A stretch of 64,000 nt of DNA from Heterodontus francisci. Taxonomy: Eukaryota. The translations under genes and the position numbers were made by a program. Below the pieces are notes generated by a model. It was not told the origin of the DNA and did not search any database. It worked only from the letters and a program-made list of their open reading frames with translations. Below are positions 10,461-23,324 of this stretch, one piece after another. Location: positions 42,254,430 to 42,318,429 of the forward strand of contig NC_090399.1 of assembly GCF_036365525.1 (NCBI RefSeq), written 5' to 3'. Within the stretch, counting starts at the first letter, position 1. Each line of letters starts with the position of its first letter.

Positions 10461-12984
10461 ACAGATGCACAGAGTGCCAATCCCACCACGATCAGCATTT
10501 ACACACTCCTTAATCTGACACAATTGGGAGCTTTCTGAAATGTTCACCATGATTGGGACATTACCAGACTAGAACAACTCCTTAGTGAAGAGCAGACAGT
10601 GTCCGTCCAAAAATTGTCAGCAAATTCCCCCTCATGCAGTGGGACTAATATCACTACCTTTCAGGTGGGCATTTCCTCCAGAAACCAAAGATACTCTTGT
10701 AAATTTCTCCATGAACCAACTTCTCAAAATTACCCACAGTCATTCTATTCCTGGACCCCAGAGATTGGTCCCAACCTGAGTCTGGGCCATGCACCTGGGT
10801 TCACAATTAGAAAAAAATAGTTTGCAGGATTCCCTGCAGTCTAAGAAAAGGAATCAAAGGAAGACCAGTAATGTCAAGCAGGTTTTTTGATGTCGGAGCT
10901 GGTAAAGGGATGTTCTGCTGCTGATGGGTGAAACAGATCCAAGGGCAGTGTTGGTGCCATTAGAGGGAATCCTCCTCCCAGTCATGAAGTGCCAGAGACT
11001 GGATTCTCCATCAGTCAGATGAAGCTTTCCATGCATATGGAGATGTCATCTCAGTACTTCAGAGGGACTGGACCTTGTGTCCCCAATCTGACCCACATTA
11101 ACAGGAATGGTGACTAAGGGAGCCAGAAGTTACCACTTGTGTCTCCAAAGAGTTATGGGTGATGTAAAAGAGGAGAAAATGATCTGTATAAATTTCTCCT
11201 CTGATCCAGTGTTAGCCAGTGTCTGTACATTGGTCAGCTCTGTACCATCAGCCTCTGGAGAGGAAGCTTCACAATAAATGGAATTGAAACAAATCGGATG
11301 TTAGAAACAAAGAGTGAGATTCACTGTCAGTCCATCGAATGGGGCCAAACCGACTCCAGAAGCAGCAGTGGGAAAGGAAATGTAAGTGGGAAATGTTGAT
11401 CCTCCTGCTCAGTCCATGGCCCAGCACATTAGTGCTTCACTGTCCTGGTTATTCCAGATTAGCACCTTCCTTCCTTCTTTTCCTCCTTCCTTCCTGCTGG
11501 GTCAAATGTCATCCAATTCCAATCTTCCCAATCCTCAATACTTCAATGCTATTTATTTGTGTCCGGTTTGGTTTCCAATCCCTTGTAACAGGCCTCATAC
11601 GTGTTAAATCTAATATTGACTGTTAATCCTCTTGATCCATAGACAATCTGGATTAATTGGAAACAACAAGCATATCAAACACATGTATCTGGTATGAACA
11701 CACCATGATCTGAAGATCCATATTTTGTTCAGAATCCAGTTCCTCAGAACTTTACATTTTCTGAGTCTTTCCTTCACCATCTCTTGGGTCGAGTGACTTT
11801 TAGTGTCTTTTATAGCAGAGCTGCCGTTATCTCCCTCCGCAGGGAAATTCCAACATTTCTCCATCTGCCACAGCACAGCAACAGGTGTGGGCAGGATGGA
11901 TGTTGCTAAGTGTCACTGCACATGTCCTATCTCTTTGACGTCACTCTCTTGTCCCTTGGACAGTCCTGGAAATGCGCTGTCTGGAAATGCGGGATATCTG
12001 AAGGACAGTCCTGGTCTTCAAGGATGAGCTGAACTCAAGGAATTGAAGGGCTCAAAATTGGGAAATGCCTCAGGTTGGATTTTACACACACACAATATGC
12101 CAACTGTAACCAGTAGAAAAGGATAAAGTAGAATGGGAGTGGACAAGGGCTCATCTCTAGAGGTTTATAACGTACCCGTCCTGCACCATCCCAGGGGCAG
12201 CTCCTGTGAATGGAATATTTTGTGCTCTTGTGCTGATCTCTGTGAGTGTACAGAATGTGCCTGATTTCAGGCCAGTGCTGGATACAACAATAACAATTTA
12301 TATCTGTATAGCACCTTCACTTCATAAAATGTCCCAAGGTTCTTGGGACGAAAAGCGAAAAGCTTGGTCAAAGAGGTACATTTGAAGGAGTGCCTTAAAG
12401 GAGGAAAGTGAGGTGGAAAGATAGAGAGGTGTTAGACTCTGGAGACCTTAAATAGCAGAAGAGAGGGTTTAGGACGGAAAAGGAGTGATGGATCAGAGCA
12501 GATGTTCATGGATGGACATGCACAGTGAGGAGCTCCCTTGGGAGCCGACTGTCCAGGAGCATCTTGCACTGGTATGTGAATGAGTTAGATAAAGAGTAAA
12601 TCTCCCTCCACACTGTCACAGCAACTGCTCCCAGGGCAAGAGTTGGATACAGTGTAAAACCCTCTCTAAATTGGTTCACCAAGCACAGCCAACTCAGTTA
12701 CAGCCTCTTTGACATGAACTAATGACACACACCAGCTCAGCTACAGCGTGATAAATAGACAAATTAAAAATCCCTCTACATGTCAGTGTCAAGTTCCCCC
12801 AGGTGAAGTATAGACTCACTTTACACACAGGTTAAGATACAGTCAATTTGTTGCATCAAAGTCCGAGCCTCATGGTTAGACTGTCACCTCAGCAAAATCC
12901 TGGACTGATGGGAATCTCAGTAACGTTCCTCACTTTTACAATTATTGAAGCTGCTGTTTCATCCCATCCTCAATACTGAGGGTC

Positions 12985-13160
12985 TTTATTTATTTATTTA
13001 GAGATACAGCACTGAAACAGGCCTTTCAGCCCACCGAGTCTGTGCCGACCATGAACCACCCATTTATACTAACCCTACAGTAATCCCATATTCACTACCA
13101 CCTACCTACACTAGGGGCAATTTACAATGGCCAATTTGCCTATCACCTGCAAGTCTTGGA
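12985..13160 (-). mobile_element. HE1/V-SINE 3' fragment
   Basis: gagatacagcactgaaacaggcc...cccaccgagtctgtgccgacc is the reverse complement of the SINE tail at about 20820-20870. Confidence 0.75.
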
Positions 13161-13719
13161 GCCACCAGATCTGCTCTGTGAACCCAGAGACCTTTCTCCA
13201 GTCCCAGTTAGTGTGGTGATGATTCAACTTCACTCTCCAGCTTCCTGAGATACTGTTCACTCCAAGAATCTTTCAATATTAAAGTGATGACTATTAATTC
13301 TAGAATCTGTAACTTCAATACAGTGAGACTGTGTGTGTGACTATGATTATATTTAATTTGAACATATTTGTAATTAGTGACATTTGGTTGAATTACTTAC
13401 TTTAATATGAAATTGTTCTTTTCTCTCCATTTCCCTATTGATATGGTCTAAAGTCACTCACAGTGTCAGCTGCCGACTTCAGCTCCTCCCTTAGCAACTC
13501 CATTGATATGGAACCAGGGCCGTAAACCCGTCTCCAGCTGACATCACAAAGGAGTCAGGAGCCAATCACACAGCAGACAGGATGGTGTCAAAAAAGCAGC
13601 CCTTGCCCCTCCCACTCAAGATATTACAGGATCACATGACCAGACTCTGCTCCAGTCATCCAGGCATTACAGCACAGAAGGAAGCCATTCAGCCCATCGA
13701 CTTCCTTTTCCCATCTCCT

Positions 13720-14060
13720 GATTTTGAAAGAGTAAATGCGGAGAAACTGTTTCTATTGGAAAAATCTCTGGTAACCAGAGGAGACAGATTGAAGGTGATT
13801 GGCAAAAGAACCAGAGGTGATATGAGGAAATATTCTTTTACACAGTGAGTTATGATGATCTGGAATGCATTGTCCAAATAAAGCAGTGGAAGCCGATTCA
13901 ATAGCAAAGTTCAAAAGAGAATTGGATAAATACTTGATTGGCAAAAGGACATAACAGGGAAAGAGCAGGGGAGTGCGATTAATTGAATAGCTCAAGTTAA
14001 GCGCTAACATCAGCACAATGGCGGAATGGCCTCCTTCTGTGTTGTTTGATTCTATGATCC
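13720..14060 (+). mobile_element. CR1 3' end
   Basis: Translates to TRGDRLKVIGKRTRGDMRKYSFTQ, then the tail gaatggcctccttctgtg...gattctatga. Confidence 0.7.
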
Positions 14061-14876
14061 TCCATTTTTTCATTCATTGCCTCGAAGTGAAATCCCAGCA
14101 TATCACAATGTGGGAATGTTGTGGAGCCATGCATGTATGGGACACAAACGTTCAGGGTCACATCAGTACCAAATCATACAGGGGACACATTCTTTAGGTG
14201 TAAATTCAATACATAACATTCAACAGGTATCAGAACATCACATTTCAGATTGAGATGCACCTAAAGCTGAGGAGAGGATTTAAACATCCACCACAGTGAT
14301 TATCACCCTGTTATTACAGTCCTGCAGACTGTTAACTGGGAACACAGACACTTCACCACTTTGTAACTGCAGGAGATCCAGCTTGTTGGCACCAATGTCA
14401 GCAGCTTCATTCCCCAGTCCAAGAGACTCCATGACCAGTGGGCTCTGCTGGATACAGGCGATGTCATTGAGCGGCAGAATCCAATCCTCATTTAACATCA
14501 CAATATCATTTTAGTTTGTCAGGTCCAATTGGGAGGGCACTTGTAGAATGTCCTGCTTCTGTGCTGGACAGATTGGAATGATTGGTCCCTTCAAAAGGGT
14601 TCCAGTCAAAGGTCCTGACAGGGTTAATGAGGAAGTTGCTACATCTCTCAACCATCATTGGAGCTGAGTTCCTAGATCCACTTTACCAGGGTACCCAACT
14701 TTGCAGCATTGGGGAATGAATTAAACTCAATTAGATGGAAAGGGACCCAATAAAACACATTCAGGTGGAAGGAATGTACCTGATGCATTCCTCTGCTGTG
14801 AGTGCACAGTTTGTTAAAAGGAGAAGAGCTGTTAGATTAATAATAGTAACTGTTCTGCCTCAGAATTAATTGTTTC

Positions 14877-15260
14877 ATGGCTTGTAGTGCAGAGAATGGG
14901 AGTTCTGGAGAAGCCCACATATGTCCCCTTTGCCTCGGGTTATTTGTTGATCCTGGCCTAGTGGACTGTGAGTGTAATTTCTGCCACTTCTATATTGTGT
15001 CTTACAGGAAGTTGCAGGGAAGGTCTATCTGTTGCCCCCAGTGTAGTGAGGATGCTGCAGAGCTGACCCTGCAGCCCAACAGTGTATTGAGGCATGTGAT
15101 GGATAACATTTGCAGACTGACCGGTCTGCAGGATGTGACTGAGGAGGAGAGGCGTCTGTGCCCGGAACATCAAGAGAAACTGACTTTGATCTGTGCAGGG
15201 ACTCAACTTCACAAGCAGCAGAAACTTAGAGAGAGAATTGAATTCATCACAACTTGCAAG
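14877..15260 (+). pseudogene. TRIM exon 1: degenerate RING and truncated B-box2
   Basis: CPLC...DCECNFCHFYI...CPQC (His to Cys and Cys to Tyr against C3HC4), LQPNSVLRHVM, then CPEHQEKLTLIC with the rest of the B-box deleted. Phase-0 donor aag|gtatgg at 15260/15261. Confidence 0.85.
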
Positions 15261-15460
15261 GTATGGGATCTCTTCTCAAAAGGTGAGAATTGAGAATGGT
15301 GGAAATGTATAACTTAGTCAGTACATGAAGGTGGACTGGGGTCTCCTGTATACTTTATCATAGGGTAATTCTGGCTTCTCTTCTACTTAGTAACTTTGCA
15401 GAACTAGTCTGGTATCCAGGTATCACAGCTCATTGCACTTCCTTCCTGTCTCCACTGCAG

Positions 15461-15555
15461 AATAAAGGAGTTGCTTTCTCAATCACTAAACCAGAAGGTG
15501 GTCTCTTTTGAAAGATGCGTTGCAGTAACAAGGACTTGAGATTGCACACTCTAAA
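15461..15555 (+). pseudogene. TRIM exon 2 (95 nt against the canonical 96), frameshifted
   Basis: Acceptor tccactgcag| and donor aaa|gtaagt. Size and position fit, but the translation is only weakly recognisable. Confidence 0.55.
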
Positions 15556-15829
15556 GTAAGTTGGTCTGATTTTACCGTGTCCAGAAAGGATTGTAATCTG
15601 CAGTCACTTTGTGTGTGTTGTGGATGCTACACAGGCGACATGACAACAGTGACGACACTTGATGCTTTGGGAAGTTCAAAGGTTGTAAATAGTGTAATAT
15701 CAATGCAAGTTTTCTTTCAATGTGGCAGCCATTTTACATGTGTTAGTGAAGTAAATGAATTCCTAGTTAAACTGTTTGAGGCAGTGTTGAAGGCAGGATG
15801 TCACTTCAGGCATTGAGAGGACTCGCTGC

Positions 15830-16055
15830 TCTTTTCAATAGTGCCAAGGGATCTTTAACATGCAGACAGGGCTTCAGTTCAGTTTCTTATCTAAAAAGCT
15901 GCAGCTACACCAGGTTCCTCGGTACCGCCCCCCGATAGTGCCGTTCTCCCTCAGCACTGCACTGAAGGTCTCTGCCTAGATTATGTGCTCAAGTCTTGTG
16001 TCATGGGTTCAAGATCCATTCTGTTCATAGAGGCTACCAACTGGGCCAAGGCTGC
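15830..16055 (-). mobile_element. DeuSINE-type SINE fragment (Deu core)
   Basis: gtgccaagggatctttaac...ctccctcagcactgcactgaagg...cctagattatgtgctcaagtc resembles the reverse-complemented Deu-core consensus. Confidence 0.6.
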
Positions 16056-16198
16056 AGGCTGTGGATTTCACAATTGCTTAGTTTGAAGAAGGTTGAGGAC
16101 GTTGTCGGACATTTTTTTATTTGACCAGAATCAAGTGGTCTCCCTCAATTCTGTAGAATTCTAAAGTTTGTGTGGATATTTGATCATCTTTCCTTAAG

Positions 16199-16429
16199 GA
16201 AATGGGGTGTAATCTGATCTTCCATGTTACACAGCAGTTTGCTGACCTGCACCAGTTCCTCAATGGCCAAGTGCAATGGTTGATGGAAATGCTGGAAGCT
16301 CAGGTGGAAAATAACTAGTCAGGAATGGAACGAAACCTGACAAAAATGCACAGGATACTCTTCTCCACTGAGCTGGACATCACTAACATTGAGGCCAAAC
16401 TGGATCGAAATGACTTGACATCTCTGAAA
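16199..16429 (+). pseudogene. TRIM exon 3, 231-nt coiled-coil exon with an in-frame stop
   Basis: EMGCNLIFHVTQQFADLHQFLNGQVQWLMEMLEAQVENN*SGMERNL...NDLTSLK, flanked by ttaag| and |gt. Confidence 0.85.
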
Positions 16430-16664
16430 GTCCACACTATTCTCTTCTCCTCTCCCTCCCCACCTCCCCTTGATTCTGGTGAAAGGTATCTGTTCCCTCC
16501 CTGATTCATTGCCATGGCGATGGTGGACATCTGTAACTTGGCATTCAAGTTGCTTAACAACAAAGGGAAACCTAAACCAGGTTTTCTGTCACTGACGTCC
16601 ATTGGTTTCACATAGTTTATATTATCGCACCTCATTCTTCCTACCAAAATGCATTGTTTTACAT

Positions 16665-19600
16665 ACAGAACATAGAACAGTACAGGCCCTTCAGCCCACG
16701 ATGTTGTGCCGACCCTTTACCTACTCTAAGATCAAACTACCTGCATACCCTTCATTCTACTATCATCCATGTACCTATCCAAGAGTCGCTTAAATGTCCC
16801 TAATGTATCTGCTTCTACTACCACCGCTGGCAGTGCATTAAACGCACCCACCACTCTCTGTGTAAAGAACTTACCTCTGACATCTCCCCTAAACCATCCT
16901 CCAATCACCTTAAAATTATGCCCCCTGGTGATAGCCCTTTCCGCCCTGGGAAAAAGTCTCTGACTATCCACTCTATCTATGCCTCTCATCATCTTGTACA
17001 TCTCTATCAAGTCACCGCTCATCCTTCTTCGCTCAAATGAGAAAAGCCCTAGCTCCCTCAATCTTTCTTCATAAGACATGCCCTCCAGTCCAGGCAGCAT
17101 CCTGGTAAATCTCCTCTGCACCCTCTCTAAAGCTTCCACATCCTTCCTATAATGAGGCGACCAGAACTGAACACAATATTCCAAGTGTGATCTAACCAGG
17201 GCTTTATAGAGCTGCAGCATAACCTCACGGCTCTTAAACTCAATCCCCCTGTTTATGAAAGCCAACACACCATACGCCTTCTTACAAACCCTATCAACTT
17301 GGGTGGCAACTTTGAGGGATTTATGGACGTGGACCCCAAGATCCCTCTGTTCTTCCACACTGCCAAGAATCCTGTCTTTAAGCCTGTATTCCGCATTCAA
17401 ATTCGACCTTCCAAAATGAATCACTTCACACTTTTCCAGGTTGAAATCCATCTGCCACTTCTCAGCCCAGCTCTGCATCCTGTCAATATCCCGTTGCAAC
17501 CTACAACAGCCCTCCACACTATCCACAACTCCAGCAACCTTTGTGTCATCGGCAAACTTACTAACCCAGCCTTCCACTTCCTCATCCAAGTCATTTATAA
17601 AAATCACAAAGAGCAGAGGTCCCAGAACAGATCCCTGCGGAACACCACTGGTCACTGAGCTCCAGGCTGAATAGTTTCCATCTACTACCACCCTCTGTCT
17701 TCTATGGGCCAGCCAATTCTGTATCCAGACAGCCAAATTTCCCTGTATCCCATGCCTCCTTACTTTCTGAATAAGCCTACCATGAGGAACCTTATCAAAT
17801 GCCTTGCTAAAATCCATATACACCACATCCACTGCTCTTCCTTCATCAATGTATTTTGTCACATCCTCAATTAATTCAATAAGGCTTGTGAGGCATGACC
17901 TGACCCTCACAAAGCCATGCTGACTATCTCTAATCAAACTATGCTTTTCCAAATAATCATAAATTCTGTCTCTCAGAAACCTCTCCAATAATTTGCCACC
18001 ACCGATGTAAGACTGACTGGTCTGTAATTCCCAGGGTTATCCCTATTCCCTTTCTTGAACAAGGGAATAACATTTGCCACCCTCCAATCATCTGGTACTA
18101 CTCCAGTGGACAGTGAGGACGCAAAGATCATCGCCAAAGGCGCAGCAATCTCTTCCCTTGCTTCCTGTAATATCCTTGGGTATATCCCGTCTGGCCCCAG
18201 GGACTTATCTATCCTCATGTCTTTCAAAATTTCCAGCATATCCTCCTTCTTAACATCAACCTGTTTGAGATTATCAGCCTGTTTCACGCTGTCCTCGCAA
18301 ACGACAAGGTCCCTCTCACTAGTGAATACTGAAGCAAAGTATTCATTAAGGACCTCCCCTACCTCCTCCGACTCCAGGCACAAGTACCCTCTACTATCCA
18401 TGATCGGCCCTACCCTCACCCTCACTTGTTCCTCACATAAGTGTAGAATGCCTTGGGATTTTCCTTAATCCTACCCGCCAAGACTTTTTCAAGTCCCCTT
18501 CTAGCTCTCCTAAGTCCATTCTTCAGTTCCTTCCTGGCTACCTTGTAACCCTCTAGAGCCCTGTCTGATCCTTGCTTCCTCAACCTTAAGTAAGCTTCCT
18601 TCTTCCTCTTGACTAGCTGTTCCACATCTCTTGTCATCCAAGGTTCTTTCACCCTGCTATCCCTTCCTTGCCTCATCGGGACAAACCTATCCAGCAATCG
18701 CAGCAAGTGCTCCCTAAACAACCTCCACATTTCTGTCATGCATTTCCCTGAGAACATCTGCTCCCAATTTAAGCTCCCCAGTTTCTGCCTAATAGCATTG
18801 TAATTCCCCTCCCCCAATTAAATATTTTCCCATCCCGTCTGCTCCTGTCCCTCTCCATGACTAGAGTAATGGTCAGGGAGTTGTGATCACTATCACCGAA
18901 ATGCTCTCCCACCGAGAGATCTGCCACCTGGCCTGGTCCGTTGCCAAGCACCAAATCCAATATAGCCTCCCCTCTAGTCGGCCTATCTACATATTGTCAG
19001 GAAACCTTCCTGGACACACCTGACAAAAACTGCTCCATCCAAACTATTTGCACAAAGGAGGTTCCAATCAATATTAGGGAAGTTGAAGTCACCCATGACA
19101 ACAACCCTGTTACTTCTGCACCTTTCCAAAATCTGCCTCCCAATCTGTTCCTCCATGTCTCTGTTGCTATTGGGGGGTCTATAGAAAACTGCCAACAAAG
19201 TGACTGCTGCTTTCCTGTTTCTGACTTCCACCTATACTGACTCAGTAGACAAACCCTCCTCGACGACCTCCCTTTCTGCAGCTGTGATACTATCCCTGAT
19301 TAGCAATGCCACTCACCCACCTCTTTTACCTCCCCCCCCCCCCCCACTCCCCCCCTATTCCTTTTGAAACATCTAAACCCCGGAACATCCAACATCCATT
19401 CCTGCCCCTGTGATCTCCAAGTCTCCGTAATGGCCACAACATCGTAGCTCCAAGTACTGATCCATGCTCTAAGTTCATCACCCTTATTCCTGACACTTCT
19501 TGCGTTAAAATAGACACACTTCAACCCATCATACTGGCTGCAACTTTGCCCTGTCAACTGTCTAACCTTCCTTGCAGACTCTCTGCGCTCTGTATCTGCC

Positions 19601-20106
19601 TATTCAACAGCTACCCCATCCACTGATCCGTCGCTCCGGTTCTCATCCTCCTGCCAAACTAGTTTAAACCCTCCCGAAGAGCTCTAGCAAACCTCCCGCC
19701 CAGGATATTGGTGCCCCTCCAGTTCAGATGCAACCCATCCTTCTTGTACAGGTCCCACCTTCCCCTGAAGGTATCCCAATGATCCACATATCTGAAGCCC
19801 TCCCTCCTACACCAGCTCTGTAGCCACGTGTTGAGCTGCACTCGCTCTCTGTTTCTAGCCTCACTAGCACATGGCACCGGTATCAATCCTGAGATTACTA
19901 CCCTGCTCGTCCTGCCTTTTAGCTTTCAACCTAACTCACTATATTCGCTTTTCAGGTCCTCATCCCTTTTCCTAGCTATGTCATTGGTACCGATGTGTAC
20001 CATGACTTCTAGCTGCTCCTCCTCCCCCTTAAGAATCCTATCGACTCGATCCGAGACATCCCTGACCCTGGCACCCGGGAGGCAACATACCATCTGGGAG
20101 TCTCTG
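16665..20106 (-). mobile_element. Long CR1 (HER1-like) LINE: ORF1 SGNH-esterase C-terminus plus ORF2 APE and RT, with frameshifts
   Basis: ORF 19659..19886 (YKKDGLHLNWRG, esterase), 19300..19557 and 18983..19231 (APE: YFNARS, MGDFNFP), and 16732..17988 (RT: KFADDTK). Confidence 0.95.
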
Positions 20107-20325
20107 TGTTAAATTTCATCAGCCATTTTTCTGCCCATTTTACTTGTCTATGTCCTGTCACTGTCCCCCTCACTGTTCACTACATTTGAATTTAATGTCT
20201 TCTGTAAACTTTGAAACGATGTCCTGTCAACCCAACTCCAAGTCTTTAATATCTGAAAAAGAGTGGGTTCCTAATACTGAACACCACTGTATAACTTCCC
20301 TCCAGACTGAAGAAGAACAACCATT

Positions 20326-20880
20326 TGGGCGGCACATTGGCTCAGTGGTTAGCACCGCAGCCTCACAGCTCCAGCGAATCTGTATTCACCGCCCTATCAG
20401 GCAGTGCATTTCAAATCCTGAACACTCTTTGGGAAAAACATTTTTATTCTCCTGTCAACCTCTGGGTCTTTTGCCAATCACCTTTAAATCTGTGTCCTCT
20501 GCTTATTGATCCTTCAGTCATTGGAAACAGTTTCTCCTGATTTTAGTTTTTGTGATTTTAAACACCTCGATCAAATCTCCTTTTGGACTTCTCTTCTGGG
20601 TACTGCCTGTGTAGAGTTTGCAAGTTCTCCCTGTGTCTGCGTGGGTTTTCTCCGGGTGCTCCGGTTTCCTCCCACAAGCCAAAAGACTTGCAGGTTGGTA
20701 GGTAAATTGGCCATTATAAATTGCCCCTAGTATAGGTAGGTAGTTGGGAAATATAGGGACAGGTGGGGATGTGGTAAGAATATGGGATTAGTGTAGGATT
20801 AGTATAAATGGGTGGTTGATGGTCGGCACAGACTCGGTCGGCCAAAGGGCCTGTTTCAGTGCTGTATCACTAAACTAAAA
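20326..20880 (+). mobile_element. HE1/V-SINE carrying a 222-bp foreign insertion
   Basis: Head gggcggcacattggctcagtggttagcaccgcagcctcacagc, V-domain tccgggtgctccggtttcctcccac and a CR1-derived tail. 20376-20597 is a copy of 21745-21966. Confidence 0.85.
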
Positions 20881-21589
20881 CCATTACACTCTGCTTTCTG
20901 TCTGTTAGTCAATGTTATATCCATGCATCTACTGTCACTATTTCTTATCCAGTTAATTATATTTGTGAAAATATTCTAAACCCGCATCTTTGTTTTTAAC
21001 CTCTGTCTGGAAATCCATGCACCTGTCCTCTTTGAGTGAAGAAATTCCTGGCCATCCTAAATTTAAGTTCCCCCGGTTTAACGTGTCCCTTTGTCTGTCA
21101 TAATTTACCTTGAATAAATCCTGATCCATCTCTAAATGTCACCCACTATATCACGAACTGTTCTACTCTCTCCTGCTCCTTCCTTTCGAGCCTCAACAAT
21201 CACCAGTAGTTTCCTTCTTCCGTCTCGCCTTTACTGATTTTTTTGAAGGGCTAAATGGGTTTTAAAAGGGAACAGGAGCAGGTAACAGAGCTGTCGGCCG
21301 AGTTTGGCTCTTCCTGCTGCCCTTCCCCCTCCTAGTCGTCAGGTAACTGGTTCTGTCAGAGTACGGAGCTGCCGACTGTCCCTCGGCTCCGTCATTCACT
21401 CGATTCCCGAAGGCGGCAATGGCAACTCTGTTTTCCCACAGTGCAGCGCGGCCGAGAAAAGGCCCCATCGCTCAGGCCGCGGTGCATTCTGGAGACCAGC
21501 TGGATCCAGTGTGGTGAACATGTCAGCATTTTGTGATCAGCAGTGAGATGAATGAGGACTAATTGATTCTCAACCAAAAGCAATAAAAA

Positions 21590-22380
21590 ATATTCAGCAC
21601 AGTAGGAGGCTATTCGACCCATCGGGTCTGTGCTGGCTCTTTTGAAGAGCAATCCAGTTCGTGCCTCTCTCCTGCTCCTTCCCCCATTCCTGTAATTTTC
21701 CCTCCATCAATTTTTTATCCAATTCCTTTTTGAAGATATCTGTTGAATCTGTATTCACCGCCCTATCAGGCAGTGCATTTCAAATCCTCAGCACTCTTTG
21801 GGAAAAACATTTTTATTCTCCTGTCAACCTCTGGGTCTTTTGCCAATCACCTTTAAATCTGTGTCCTCTGCTTATTGATCCTTCAGCCATTGGAAACAGT
21901 TTCTCCTGATTTTAGTTTATGTGATTTTAAACACCTCGATCAAATCTCCTTTTAGGCTTCTCTTCTCGCAGGAGAAGAACCCCAGCTGCCCCAGTAAAAT
22001 AAAAGCAAAATACAGCGGATGCTGGAAATCTGAAATAAAAACAAGAAATGCTGGAAATAATCATCAGGTGCTGCCAGACCTGTGGAGAGAGAAGCAGAGT
22101 TAACGTTTCAAGTCAGTGACCCCTCATCAGAACTCTAACTTTAACTCTGCTTCTCTCTCCACAGATCCTGCCAGACCTGCTGAGTATTTCCAGCATTTCT
22201 TATTATCCCAGCTTCTCCAGTCTGTCTGTGTAACTGTAATAACCTAGTCCCTGGAACCATTCTAGTAAATCTCTTCTGTACATTCACCAAATCCTTCATA
22301 TTCCTAAATTGTGAGGCCTAGAATTGGTCACAATTCTCCAGCTGCGGCCAATCTCGTAGTTTATAAAGGTTTAGCATCAA
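21590..22380 (-). mobile_element. Old CR1 3' fragment interrupted by a Penelope terminal repeat
   Basis: CR1 tail reverse complement at about 21600; degenerate ORF2 end continues after 22205. Confidence 0.7.
22005..22201 (-). mobile_element. Penelope terminal repeat in inverted arrangement with a hammerhead core
   Basis: Minus strand 22130-22099 reads ctgatga-g-gggtc-act-gactt-gaaac-gttaac. Flanking inverted arms at about 22043-22103 and 22141-22201. Confidence 0.65.
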
Positions 22381-23200
22381 TTCAGGTGGGAGTGGTGTGA
22401 TAGAATCTTAAACATCTGATTTTAATTCCCAGAATGAGGGCAGAGGGGCCTTGGCTTAGCATCGCTGGATGAGGACAGCACCTCTGGCAGCAAAGCAGCC
22501 CCTCAGCACTGGGCTGCAGAGCATCTTATCCTGATTTCTCGTCTTGAGCTCCACAACCTTCTGACTTGGAGCTCAGCTGTCAACCTGACATTCCTGAGCA
22601 AAAACCAGCTTTGTGTTGGTCCTGGAAATCTAACCAGATCCTGCGGCCTTTACCATCCAGAAGGACAAAGGCAGCAGACACATGGGAATACCACCACTGC
22701 AAGTTCCCCTCCAAGACACACACCATCCTGACTTGGAACTATATCGTAGTTGGATCAAAGTCCCGCACTCCCTCCCTAACAGGAGTGTATGTGTAGCTGC
22801 AACACACAGACTCCAGTGGTTCAAGAAAGCAACTTCTTAAGGGCAATGAGGGACGGGCTTTAAAAGCTGGCCTAGGTAGTGATGCCCATATCCCATGAAC
22901 CAATAAAAAAGCCAGAGCCTGATTCTTCATTGTCCGTATTAATTCTTACATTATTACAGTAACTGTTCCAAGAGGACTTGATCTAAAATGGAATAATATT
23001 GGACCAAACCAAAGTGAATCTTCAGTGAAATGATGAACTCTGTTGGGAATGTGTGTCCAAGGTACATTGAGTGTGGAATTGATGAGAATGTACTGTCCCA
23101 AGTTGGTTTTCACCTCATCCAGTTTAATTCACTTCAGCTTGCTTTTGTGTTCCATGAAGCTGCAACAACAAACTAACATTGTTTCTGTTTTCTCTTCAAG

Positions 23201-23223
23201 GAGGTTAGTTCTTGGAGGGACAG
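23201..23223 (+). pseudogene. TRIM exon 4 (23 nt)
   Basis: tttctgttttctcttcaag|gaggttagttcttggagggacag|gtatgt, a canonical 23-nt TRIM micro-exon. Confidence 0.75.
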
Positions 23224-23324
23224 GTATGTATTGTCAATAATGAACTATTGCTGATGTAGCAGTTCCACATCCCAATGTGTTTTTCAGTCTGAATCCTGTC
23301 GTGTTAACTCACTTCATACAAAAT

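Noticed and set aside
13535-13570. tgacatca plus ccaat as an MHC SXY promoter module
   Set aside because: No S or X1 box was recognised and no class I leader exon follows. At most it is a generic promoter element upstream of the TRIM pseudogene.
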